DNA of 32,000 bases from Acinetobacter chinensis (GCF_002165375.2 NZ_CP032134.1:1115817-1147816); one strand, 5' to 3'. Positions 9,268-17,108 are shown, counted from the stretch's first letter. Made by a program: numbers and translations. The notes: generated from the sequence alone by a model not told the origin.

Positions 9268-10979
9268 GTCTGAGCCTCCTGTGCTGTTTCTATTTTAGCT
9301 CTGGTTTTTTTAACAGGTAGTCCAGTGTGATTTTTTACTTTATAAAAACTGTATGCAAACAGCAGGGCAAGTACCCACATGATGAGGTCAAATGAGGCAA
9401 TCATCCACTGAGCATTGGCGATACTGTTCCATATGGCTTGACCACCTGTCATAAAGTTCAGGACGGGCAGTAAAGCGAAAAGGAGAGTTGCACATGCCAG
9501 CAGTTCAAGCCATGCCTGACGGTGACTGCGGATCATGGCGTAGAGCAGTGTGATGAGCCAGACAGTGAAGAAACTGCGGATTTCCCAGTTCAGACGCATG
9601 TCCATTTCAGCAGGAATCAGGCGGTTTGCGTAAAAATAGGCTGCACAGGCAATCGGTAGACCAATGATGGCTGCAATATTGGTCACTTCCACCACACGGT
9701 AACCCAAAGATTTATAGCCCTGTTTCTGTTGTTGTGGTGCTCTTTTAACACACCACAGAATCAGACCGGTTGCGATCATTAATGTACCTACAACGCCAGA
9801 CAGGAACAGTAACCAGCGCAGAGCCAGATCGACTCCACGTGCTTCATGCAGGACGGTTACAACATTATAAATTCCGGCAGGAATGGATGGGTTGGCAAGG
9901 CTTTCACCGTCTTTACTGGTTTTGTGACCTGTAACGCCATCAAATTTCAGACTGGCATAAACGTTACGATGTGCCACACTTTCCGCATGTAATGCACGCA
10001 GTTCAATTTTTGCCTGACTGGTATTGGGTGCAATGATACTGATAGATGCAATCGGGTTGTTTTTCCACTGCGACTGGGTATAGCGGATAACAGGAGCAAG
10101 ATCTGTCAGTGCTGCCGGTTGACCAATTTCTTCTTTCTTTCGCTTGCGACCTTCGCCACGGCCGCCGCTGCGGCGTTCTGATCTGCCTTTCAGCTCAGAC
10201 TGCGCTGTATGATTTTTTTGTGCATTGTCAGGATTCTGCTGAATTAAACCCGCCCGCTGATCCTGGAGAAACTCCTGACGGCTTTCGTAGACCTGATTGA
10301 TCCCCCAGGGCATCAGAGTGAACATCAGCAACAGCAGTCCACTGAATGTGATCATGATGTGAAAAGGCAGGGCAAAGACTGCCGTTGCATTGTGTGCATC
10401 GAGCCATGAGCGCTGTCCCTTGCCAGGACGGAAAGTAAAGAAGTCCTTAAAGATTTTTTTGTGGGTAATGATACCGCTGATAATTGCCACCAGCATCAGC
10501 ATGGTTGCAAGCCCCACAATCCAGCGTGCCCAAATACGATCCATTCCATACAGTTCAAAATGGAAACGGTACAGGAAACTTCCCCCGCGTGTTTCGCGGT
10601 TTTCGATTTTTTCACCTGTCGCACTGTCTATGGTAATGCGTTCCCCACCACGGCGTGCCTGCAGATCTTCCCCCTGTTTACGGATGTTCAGTTCTGTTGT
10701 GGTCTGGCGTGAGTTGGGCAGTTGAACAGTCCAGCTGCCAGCATCAGGATAGTTTTTCTGTAAATAGTTCAGCGCCACCTGAGTCTGCTCAATCTGTGAT
10801 TTTGCTGGAATGGACTGATGGCTTTCGGGTTTCATCCAGACTGAAATTTCAGACTGAAAAAAACTCAGTGTACCTGTCAGAAAAATCGCATACAGTAACC
10901 ATCCTAAAATCAGACTTGCCCAGGTATGCAGCCAGGACATGGACTGGCGTGGCCCTTCTGTTTTGTCATCTATGCGCAT
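9264..10979 (-). CDS. PepSY-associated TM-helix protein (PiuB-like iron-regulated membrane protein)
   Basis: 571 aa ORF. The N-terminus WLHTWASLILGWLLYAIFLTGTLSFF and the later HNATAVFALPFHIMITFSGL / LHEARGVDLALRWLLFL segments are typical of the PepSY_TM family. It carries an unusual highly basic internal loop (KGRSERRSGGRGEGRKRKKEE). Confidence 0.8.
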   Translation of the reverse strand: MRIDDKTEGPRQSMSWLHTWASLILGWLLYAIFLTGTLSFFQSEISVWMKPESHQSIPAKSQIEQTQVALNYLQKNYPDAGSWTVQLPNSRQTTTELNIRKQGEDLQARRGGERITIDSATGEKIENRETRGGSFLYRFHFELYGMDRIWARWIVGLATMLMLVAIISGIITHKKIFKDFFTFRPGKGQRSWLDAHNATAVFALPFHIMITFSGLLLLMFTLMPWGINQVYESRQEFLQDQRAGLIQQNPDNAQKNHTAQSELKGRSERRSGGRGEGRKRKKEEIGQPAALTDLAPVIRYTQSQWKNNPIASISIIAPNTSQAKIELRALHAESVAHRNVYASLKFDGVTGHKTSKDGESLANPSIPAGIYNVVTVLHEARGVDLALRWLLFLSGVVGTLMIATGLILWCVKRAPQQQKQGYKSLGYRVVEVTNIAAIIGLPIACAAYFYANRLIPAEMDMRLNWEIRSFFTVWLITLLYAMIRSHRQAWLELLACATLLFALLPVLNFMTGGQAIWNSIANAQWMIASFDLIMWVLALLFAYSFYKVKNHTGLPVKKTRAKIETAQEAQT

Positions 10980-10980
10980 A

Positions 10981-11325
10981 TCAGTTCCCCATCATTTTAT
11001 AGAGTGCAAATAAAATGAGGCAGGGCAGCACAATACCTAAAGTTGCTTTCATGGTTTTTTTGACCATGAAGATCCAGATAAAAGTAGCGCAATAAACGCA
11101 GAATGCAATTAAGGTTGCAGACATGACAGCAGCAGCCCGATATTCAGCAAAGTATTGTGCAATCACGATGGCAGAAAGTGCAGAAAGTGCATAACCACCT
11201 GCAAAAGCGAGTACAAATCTGTAGAAAATCATGATTCGGTACTGATTGAGAGTGGTCACGGTTTTTTTCGGCTGAGAATGAATAGGAACGGATGTACTGA
11301 CATCAAGTCCAGTCGGATTGTTCAT
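10981..11325 (-). CDS. Small membrane protein, DUF3649-like (first gene of the PiuB-like operon)
   Basis: Track ORF trimmed to the ATG at 11325 (MNNPTGLD...). Three predicted TM helices. Its stop is 1 nt from the PepSY-TM start, and a Fur-box-like site lies ~30 nt upstream. Confidence 0.5.
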   Translation of the reverse strand: MNNPTGLDVSTSVPIHSQPKKTVTTLNQYRIMIFYRFVLAFAGGYALSALSAIVIAQYFAEYRAAAVMSATLIAFCVYCATFIWIFMVKKTMKATLGIVLPCLILFALYKMMGN

Positions 11326-11353
11326 GAGCGGAGAAGATTTGTTGAAACATAAT

Positions 11354-11380
11354 GCAAATGATATCAATTATCATTAATAA
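11354..11380. promoter_or_regulatory. Fur-box-like operator upstream of the DUF3649/PepSY-TM/DUF3325 operon
   Basis: gcaaatgatatcaattatcattaataa. The core AATGATATCAATTATC matches 13 of 16 positions of AATGATAATCATTATC from the GATAATGATAATCATTATC consensus. Confidence 0.5.
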
Positions 11381-11646
11381 TTAACAGGGCTGATTTTAAA
11401 AAAATATATTGAATCAGTGATATAGAAAATTCAGTCAAAAAAGACTGAATCGGGTTGAATGAAAATTTAAAGAGAGAAAGGTGTTGAGGCTAAAGCATGA
11501 CTCTGTGAAAGATGATTGAAGAATTACACAACTGCAACAGAAGCCTGTTCAAGCTTATTAAAGTAATAATAAATAGTCACACATGCAGATGCCGGAGTTT
11601 CTTATGATAAGCAGGCAAAATAATAATTGTAAAAAATGGAGCAAAA

Positions 11647-12063
11647 ATGAAAATAACAGCAAAGCAATGGATGTTGATGATCTCACTTGGACTGTATTCA
11701 GGTTTGAGTATGGCAGCAGTCTGTAACAGTCAGATTCAAAACAATGCAGTGGGGGGATTGAGTGTCCCTGCAAATGCGACCTGTATTATCAATGGTACTG
11801 CTGTCGATGGTAATGTGAATGTACAGAAAGGCGGTTCACTGGTACTGCATAATTCTTCGGTCAGTGGCAGTATTCAGGCTGATGCAGCAAAGTCGGTTCA
11901 ACTGATCAATTCTGCAGTTGAAGGCGATGTCAGAACAGCAGGTGTTACGGGTTTACTGAAAGTGGATAAATCGTCTGTTGAAGGAAAACTTTACTGTTCT
12001 TCTGCAACCAGGTTACAGGCAAATATGAGCAGTATTAATGGAACGGTCGGTAAGTGTAAATAA
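11647..12063 (+). CDS. Small secreted repeat (beta-helix-like) protein, unknown function
   Basis: 138 aa ORF with a GGAG-type Shine-Dalgarno and a signal peptide (…GLYSGLSMA/AV). It has roughly 18-20 aa periodic S-V-x-G-x-(V/I) repeats (AVDGNVNV, SVSGSIQA, AVEGDVRT, SVEGKLYC, SINGTVGK), with Cys near both ends. A terminator follows. Confidence 0.55.
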   Translation: MKITAKQWMLMISLGLYSGLSMAAVCNSQIQNNAVGGLSVPANATCIINGTAVDGNVNVQKGGSLVLHNSSVSGSIQADAAKSVQLINSAVEGDVRTAGVTGLLKVDKSSVEGKLYCSSATRLQANMSSINGTVGKCK

Positions 12064-12104
12064 CTGAAAAGATGTTTCGGTTTTCATATACAGATTTAAG
12101 AAAA

Positions 12105-12140
12105 TAAAAAAGCCTGATGCTTAATGCTCAGGCTTTTTTA
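12105..12140. terminator. Bidirectional rho-independent terminator
   Basis: aaaaaagcctga-tgcttaatgc-tcaggctttttta, flanked by an A-run and a T-run. It terminates the 138 aa gene. On the other strand it would originally have terminated the tRNA-Glu transcript. Confidence 0.7.
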
Positions 12141-12163
12141 TGAAAGATAAATACTTTCAGAAT

Positions 12164-12213
12164 ATGGCGTCCCTACGGGGATTCGAACCCCGGTTACCGC
12201 CGTGAAAGGGCGA
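12164..12213 (-). repeat. Prophage att direct repeat (displaced 3' 49 nt of tRNA-Glu plus 1 nt)
   Basis: 50 bp identical to 20456-20505. It covers the anticodon arm through the CCA end of tRNA-Glu. Identity stops at 12214, where gcatcc replaces tgtcct. Confidence 0.9.
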
Positions 12214-12252
12214 GCATCCAATTTATGAAAATAATTGTAAATATTTGTAAAG

Positions 12253-13077
12253 TTATACTAAGGAGGGTAAACATTTTAAAACTTCATGTAAATTCTCAGG
12301 TGCTAAATGTGCATAACGTTGAGTGATACGAGTATCAGAATGTCCCAATAATGTTGAAACATGATAAATGGGTACACCTTGTTTAACTAAAAAACTTGCA
12401 AATGTATGACGTAAATCATGAATTCGAAGCGGAGCCAAGTCAGCACGATCGGCTGAACACTGAAAGCCACGACGAAAACTCTTTATATGATGATTAGTCT
12501 TAGGATTATAAAAGACATATTTACGATGCAATTTAAGTCTAAGCAATGCATCAAATGAAGTATCATTGAGAGGTTTATAAATTGTCTTTTTATTCTTTGA
12601 CAATGAGTTCCTTATAATTATAAAGCGATCATTTAATGAAACATTATCCCATGTTAATGTGGTTAATTCAGAAGCACGACAACCAGTATTTAATGCTAAT
12701 AATATAAAATCATGTAAAACATAGTTATTATAACGCTTAGCAGATGATAATAATTTTTGACATTCAGTTGCATTTAGAAATTTAGGTATATAATCCTCTT
12801 CGAATAATTTAAACCCATTAAATACATTTTTAAAATTGACGTTTTTATGTTTTAAATAGTAATTGAAAGCAGACTTAATTACATTTAATTCTCTATTAAT
12901 AGTGCTGTTTTTAACACCGCATAATTTTCGATAAGCACAATAATCATTTACAATTTCAATTGTAATATCATCATACTCATAGAACCATTGAAGATGCATT
13001 ATTTTATCTGAATAGATATATTTAGAGTCAAAAAGACCATTTCGCACATAAAAATCTATAATTTCTTTAATATTCAT
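12253..13077 (-). CDS. int: Tyrosine recombinase / phage integrase
   Basis: Catalytic signature present: ALNTGCRASEL (Arg), RIHDLRHTFAS (H-x-x-R), LLGHSD (His), ITQRYAHL (Tyr). Track start 13089 is a GTG; the ATG at 13077 (MNIKEI) is preferred. It is adjacent to the att repeat. Confidence 0.85.
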   Translation of the reverse strand: MNIKEIIDFYVRNGLFDSKYIYSDKIMHLQWFYEYDDITIEIVNDYCAYRKLCGVKNSTINRELNVIKSAFNYYLKHKNVNFKNVFNGFKLFEEDYIPKFLNATECQKLLSSAKRYNNYVLHDFILLALNTGCRASELTTLTWDNVSLNDRFIIIRNSLSKNKKTIYKPLNDTSFDALLRLKLHRKYVFYNPKTNHHIKSFRRGFQCSADRADLAPLRIHDLRHTFASFLVKQGVPIYHVSTLLGHSDTRITQRYAHLAPENLHEVLKCLPSLV

Positions 13078-13155
13078 AAATACACACACCTAAATATAAT
13101 GGAAATTAAAATATATCAACTAATTAAAATAAGGCATTGAATTATATTGATTAAT

Positions 13156-13343
13156 GGGGCTTTGCCCCAAACCCCACCAAAGGGGGTGACCCCCTTTGGA
13201 AACCTCATATCTCTTCGCCAGAGTGGCAAGGGGGGATGTCACTTTGTGAACACCCCCCTTGAATTAGTGTGCTTTTCAATGTCTGCTGATCAATATGTTT
13301 TCAGATGAGCCGATGAGCTTAAGCTCACCGTTCAGTCTGAAAA
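13156..13343. other. Hairpin-rich intergenic region of the prophage (candidate packaging signal / replication origin)
   Basis: A GC-rich island in AT-rich DNA, containing:
- ggggc-ttt-gcccc (13156-13168).
- A perfect 11 bp-arm palindrome ccaaagggggt-g-accccctttgg (13177-13199).
- An imperfect hairpin aagggggg...cccccctt (13228-13260).
- A 46 nt hairpin (13298-13343) with outer stem ttttcaga/tctgaaaa around the 14 bp palindrome tgagcttaagctca (13314-13327). Confidence 0.5.
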
Positions 13344-13520
13344 ATATTGACAGTCAGATTTTGGAAAATATTTTTCAAATGTCTAAATTATTTTTAAAAG
13401 CTAAGACATATTTCTTAACGTAAATCAGATTAATTAACTATGACATATCAAAGATATGACATAGTTATTTACTAATTTTCTAAAATATGACTTATCTTTA
13501 AAATAATCATTAACTTAAGC

Positions 13521-13619
13521 TCAAGAAGTTTTTTGAAAGAGATCAATTAAGATTGAAAGAACCATGAGGAATAAGATAAAAGCCGTAATAATGATATAGC
13601 GATGTTCATTTAGATTCAT
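13521..13619 (-). CDS. Candidate 32 aa single-TM micro-protein translationally coupled to zot-like gene
   Basis: Own translation: MNLNEHRYIIITAFILFLMVLSILIDLFQKTS. Its ATG overlaps the Zot-like TGA stop (ATGA at 13619-13616). It is below the ORF-track size cutoff. Confidence 0.3.
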   Translation of the reverse strand: MNLNEHRYIIITAFILFLMVLSILIDLFQKTS

Positions 13620-15061
13620 ATTAAGCCTTGTTCTTTAGCGAGCTGATATTTAGCTAATTCTTCACGAGATAGTGAAACAGTAGAAATATTCTGATTAACA
13701 TTCTGTTGATTCATCGTATTGTTATTTTGAGTATTTAGATTCTGCTGTTTAAAGTAATCAAATGGACGATCACCAGAAGCAAAACGCATACAATCAGCAT
13801 CGGATATATCATACATTTGTGTCCCTTGCTGATTATAAGCATGGCATTTTCCATTGTAGATAATCGTAGCTGACAAACGAGGAAAATCAGTAGGGTTATA
13901 GTTTGCAGTGAAATTAGCGTCATAAGGCTTATTCGGATTATAGTCAAATACAACCTGTTGCATTGAATTGCCCGTCTGTTGTTGCAAAGCATTGTTTCTT
14001 TGTGCTGAATATGCAGGATCAAATGAGACACGACATTGTTCAGCTGTCATTTGTTTATCTTCGATACATTTTTCAACAATCATTTTTGTTTTAGTTTCTT
14101 CTGAATGGACAGAATAGCCCCCTGGAGACTGATCTTTTGAAGTTGCTGATATGGGTTCTTTTTCTCCAAAAATGCCCAGGGTATTTTTTTGTTTAGCATC
14201 GTAATAAGCATAACCCCAGAGTGCAAAAGGAATAGCTGCTACAGAAGCCAATCCGAGGGGAATACGTGCTTTTGTATGATGCTGTTCAGCTGAAATATAG
14301 TATTTATAAAGATTTTTTCTATATCTGAAAACACGCCATGACGTAGCATTTTTTCGATTTGATGAACCAAAATAAGTCTGGACTTCAGGATATTCAAAAA
14401 TAAAACAACATTGCCAGCCATACATGCGACGTAAAACAAGATGCAAAGAAGTTGCTGATTTGATAGCTGAGTTCACACGTTTAACATCCTGAGTGATCAT
14501 ATAGATATCGATACCAAAATGACCGTGAAGCGTTAATGATCTACCAATATCCAAAATAGCTTCTTTAGCTCTGATCAGTTTTCTTTTTTTCCAGACGTTG
14601 ACATGATCAATCAAGCTTTTCCGTATTTCTCTTGGAACTGATTTTTCATGCAAAATCTGAGATTTAAGTTTTGATTTAGAATCGTCATCAAAATCATTAT
14701 ATGAAAGATAATCAGTGAGTAATTGAAGTACATAATTATCAACAATTCCATTGCCGACTTTATTGATCAATGAATCATATTCTGAGACATCAACTGTCAT
14801 ATCTTTAAGAAGATCTTCATCAGAAAAAGCAGGATGCTCATGACATTCATCGTAAAAGAGAATAGAACCATTTGGCAAATCTCTCCAGTCAAAAGGTTTA
14901 TGTGTTGTCGACCTAATTGAAACAACACCAGGGTAATTCATACCGATGATGTTTGTAAAAATGATGCGATCAGGATATTTTTTTGAAAGCTGATCAATCA
15001 AATATACAGCGTATTGAGTTTTACCAGTACGTGGTGGTGCAGATATAAGAGTCTGTGTCAT
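13616..15061 (-). CDS. Zot-family assembly ATPase (inovirus pI-like)
   Basis: 481 aa ORF with an N-terminal Walker A (SAPPRTGKTQYAV), Walker-B-like ILFYDECHE, and a central TM helix (IPLGLASVAAIPFALWGYAYY). It has a Q/N-rich C-terminal domain. This architecture and position are typical of pI/Zot. Confidence 0.85.
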   Translation of the reverse strand: MTQTLISAPPRTGKTQYAVYLIDQLSKKYPDRIIFTNIIGMNYPGVVSIRSTTHKPFDWRDLPNGSILFYDECHEHPAFSDEDLLKDMTVDVSEYDSLINKVGNGIVDNYVLQLLTDYLSYNDFDDDSKSKLKSQILHEKSVPREIRKSLIDHVNVWKKRKLIRAKEAILDIGRSLTLHGHFGIDIYMITQDVKRVNSAIKSATSLHLVLRRMYGWQCCFIFEYPEVQTYFGSSNRKNATSWRVFRYRKNLYKYYISAEQHHTKARIPLGLASVAAIPFALWGYAYYDAKQKNTLGIFGEKEPISATSKDQSPGGYSVHSEETKTKMIVEKCIEDKQMTAEQCRVSFDPAYSAQRNNALQQQTGNSMQQVVFDYNPNKPYDANFTANYNPTDFPRLSATIIYNGKCHAYNQQGTQMYDISDADCMRFASGDRPFDYFKQQNLNTQNNNTMNQQNVNQNISTVSLSREELAKYQLAKEQGLI

Positions 15062-15069
15062 GTTTTTCT

Positions 15070-15135
15070 AGCCTGTTTCGCCAATGTCGTCGTTGTCGTC
15101 GCACCTCCTCCGCCTCCTCCGAAGCGAAACAGGCT
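15070..15135 (-). promoter_or_regulatory. Long-loop hairpin in the spacer between the pVI-like and pI/Zot-like genes
   Basis: 12 bp perfect inverted repeat agcctgtttcgc (15070-15081) / gcgaaacaggct (15124-15135). It encloses a 42 nt GC-rich loop which on the mRNA strand reads ggaggaggcggaggagg-tgcgacgacaacgacgac. It ends 8 nt upstream of the Zot-like ATG. Confidence 0.4.
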
Positions 15136-15139
15136 TGTT

Positions 15140-15415
15140 TTAACGCTTAACTAATCTGAGTTGTGCCATACCTACAGCCATCCCTGTTAATGAGCCAGAG
15201 AGCCAAAGAGAGAGCGCAGTAGGTATACCCATCATCCTAATGACCTGCAAAGCGTCCGGAGGTAATGATTGAAACTGTTCATTTATCGATTGAATGATTT
15301 TCTGTGTTAAAAAATCGACACCAGTGTATGAGATCAATGCAAGACCGAGACCTGCTAGAACCCAACCAACCAGGTTAAATGCAAAAAACTGTAAAACAGC
15401 GATTAATGCAGGCAT
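15140..15415 (-). CDS. Minor coat / assembly protein, pVI (Ace)-like
   Basis: 91 aa ORF with two hydrophobic helices. It lies between the pIII-like and pI-like genes, as gene VI does in Ff and ace does in CTXphi. Its start is 3 nt after the pIII-like stop. Confidence 0.55.
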   Translation of the reverse strand: MPALIAVLQFFAFNLVGWVLAGLGLALISYTGVDFLTQKIIQSINEQFQSLPPDALQVIRMMGIPTALSLWLSGSLTGMAVGMAQLRLVKR

Positions 15416-15417
15416 AT

Positions 15418-17007
15418 TTATTTCCCCGTAACGCCATAAGAAAGAAATTCACGAATTCCAAAGAAAGTACCGATGAAAATGAATACAAAATGAATTTGAA
15501 CAGCGAACTGACATATATATTTAAAAGTAAGAGTGATCGAACCTAACTTAGTTTGAACAACCCAAGGGGCAGGGCATTGTGCATTTGATGAACCGAATAA
15601 GCTGCCATCGAGCATATTTGATAAAGCACCAGCATCCTGTTCTTTAAAAACAGAATCGTTATCAGATTTGACTTTCCCATCACTCTGAAGCCATTCCATA
15701 TATTTCTTATCGAATTCAGCCTGGTCATCCATTTTTTTATTAATGTCGTTTAAAGCCTTGTGATATTCACCACGACACTCACCAGGAGCAAACAAGTCTG
15801 AAAGATTGTCATCAGTAAAATCAGTTTCTTTACAACGATTAAGTGATGTGCCTGAACCGTCACCATTGCCTGTACCATTCCCACCAGATCCAGAACCGGC
15901 TGCAGTATTATTTTTAATTGAAGTCAATAAATCAGAAATGGCATTCAATGAGTCATTAATACGAGCTGTATCAGAACTAATCTCTGAAAGTCTGTTATTT
16001 GAAGTCGTCATTTTTGAATCAATAGATTCAGTTGATTTATTGATATCTTTTAAATTTTCATTTGAAACATCAATCTTCCTGCTAATAGTATTCAAAGTTG
16101 TATTCAATTCAGAACGAGCATGGTTAACAGCTGAAGTAACTTGATTGATTGCAGAAATAACGCCTTTTAAATCGACGCCACCGCCACCAGTCGGGGGATT
16201 GCCGCCAGTAGGTTCAGAAGCACCGCCACCAGTCGGGGGATTGTCACCACCACCGTCACCACCTCCAGTCTCAGGTTCAGAAGCACCGCCACCTGTTTCT
16301 GGTGGAGGGGATGATTTAATACAAATCTCCTCACCATTCCAGTTTCCAGAAACATAGCCAGGACCACAGCCTTGTGGAGGTCTTTTGCAGTATGTAGCAC
16401 CATTACTACAACCCTGTTTTATCGGAGGCACTTCATCATCTGGACAAAGAATTGAGCCATCATGCTGACGAGTACAATTGTCATCAGGAGGGGTATAACA
16501 GCCACCATACGGATCTTTCGGATCACATGGAGGATTCAAAAGCTCTTCTTTACAGTTAGGATCAGGTGTTTTTGAAACCGAACTGAAGGTAGACGTTATA
16601 TAGCCGTTAATTACAGGAGCATTTGCAACATTACCAGTATATTTACAAAGCACTCCATTATTCGGAACACAAATCGTTTTTTTAATTTTTGTGTTCACAG
16701 ACTGTTGAACAACTTTGTAGTCTGGATGCCAACACTCTGCCGGTGCTAATTTTCTATAAATGTAGTAACCATTCATCACGTAATTACCGCTATTCTTAGT
16801 CTGACAATAACCATAATGATCTGGACCAGAATTAGGATAAAAAACTGAATATTTCGTTGAAGCATTATTAGCAGAAATAAGTAGATCACAAACGCCACTT
16901 GGTGACCTTGCTTCAAGATGAGAGTAATAATAAATATATTCTTCAGCATAAGAATTAACTGAAAAAATGCTGAATATTACGAAAATTAAATATCTGAAAA
17001 ATCTCAT
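15418..17007 (-). CDS. Receptor-binding minor coat protein, pIII-like
   Basis: 529 aa ORF with a signal peptide (…FSVNSYA/EE), a Cys-rich N-terminal region, a Gly-rich linker (PETGGGASEPETGGGDGGGDNPPTGGGASEPTGGNPPTGGGG), a middle domain, a second Gly/Ser linker (AAGSGSGGNGTGNGDGSGTS), and a hydrophobic C-terminal anchor (FVFIFIGTFFGI). This domain plan is as in Ff g3p. Confidence 0.7.
   Translation of the reverse strand: MRFFRYLIFVIFSIFSVNSYAEEYIYYYSHLEARSPSGVCDLLISANNASTKYSVFYPNSGPDHYGYCQTKNSGNYVMNGYYIYRKLAPAECWHPDYKVVQQSVNTKIKKTICVPNNGVLCKYTGNVANAPVINGYITSTFSSVSKTPDPNCKEELLNPPCDPKDPYGGCYTPPDDNCTRQHDGSILCPDDEVPPIKQGCSNGATYCKRPPQGCGPGYVSGNWNGEEICIKSSPPPETGGGASEPETGGGDGGGDNPPTGGGASEPTGGNPPTGGGGVDLKGVISAINQVTSAVNHARSELNTTLNTISRKIDVSNENLKDINKSTESIDSKMTTSNNRLSEISSDTARINDSLNAISDLLTSIKNNTAAGSGSGGNGTGNGDGSGTSLNRCKETDFTDDNLSDLFAPGECRGEYHKALNDINKKMDDQAEFDKKYMEWLQSDGKVKSDNDSVFKEQDAGALSNMLDGSLFGSSNAQCPAPWVVQTKLGSITLTFKYICQFAVQIHFVFIFIGTFFGIREFLSYGVTGK
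16179..16293. repeat. Short direct DNA repeats encoding the Gly-rich pIII linker
   Basis: caccgccaccagtcgggggattg occurs at 16179-16201 and 16221-16243. ggttcagaagcaccgccacc occurs at 16211-16230 and 16274-16293. Confidence 0.85.
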
Positions 17008-17108
17008 TAAAATACTCCAGATATTTAATCTAAAAACATTTTGTAAAAACTGAGAGCAAGAACCACATAAATGATCAAATTTATTAAATCCATGCTCTCA
17101 GCTCCCGA

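Noticed and set aside
11558-11773. 71 aa minus-strand ORF overlapping the start of the 138 aa secreted protein gene.
   Set aside because: There is no Shine-Dalgarno and the sequence is low-complexity. It overlaps a better-supported gene with a Shine-Dalgarno, a signal peptide and a terminator.
12164-12213. Annotating the tRNA fragment as a tRNA pseudogene.
   Set aside because: It is the displaced 3' part of the tRNA left by site-specific integration. The functional gene is reconstituted at 20457-20532. It is listed as an att repeat instead.
13156-13343. GC-rich hairpin cluster, considered as a retron msr/msd or a standalone structured ncRNA.
   Set aside because: There is no reverse transcriptase or other partner gene nearby. 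The location is exactly where inoviruses carry their packaging and origin hairpins.
13616-15061. Calling the Zot-family protein an enterotoxin or virulence factor.
   Set aside because: The Walker A motif, TM helix and gene position identify it as the pI-type assembly ATPase. Toxin activity cannot be inferred from sequence here.
16145-16403. Proline-rich plus-strand ORF (PPPPVGGLPPVG...) and an off-frame minus-strand ORF over the pIII-like linker.
   Set aside because: They are mirror images or frame-shifted readings of the GGN-rich repeat that encodes the Gly linker, an artefact of low-complexity DNA.
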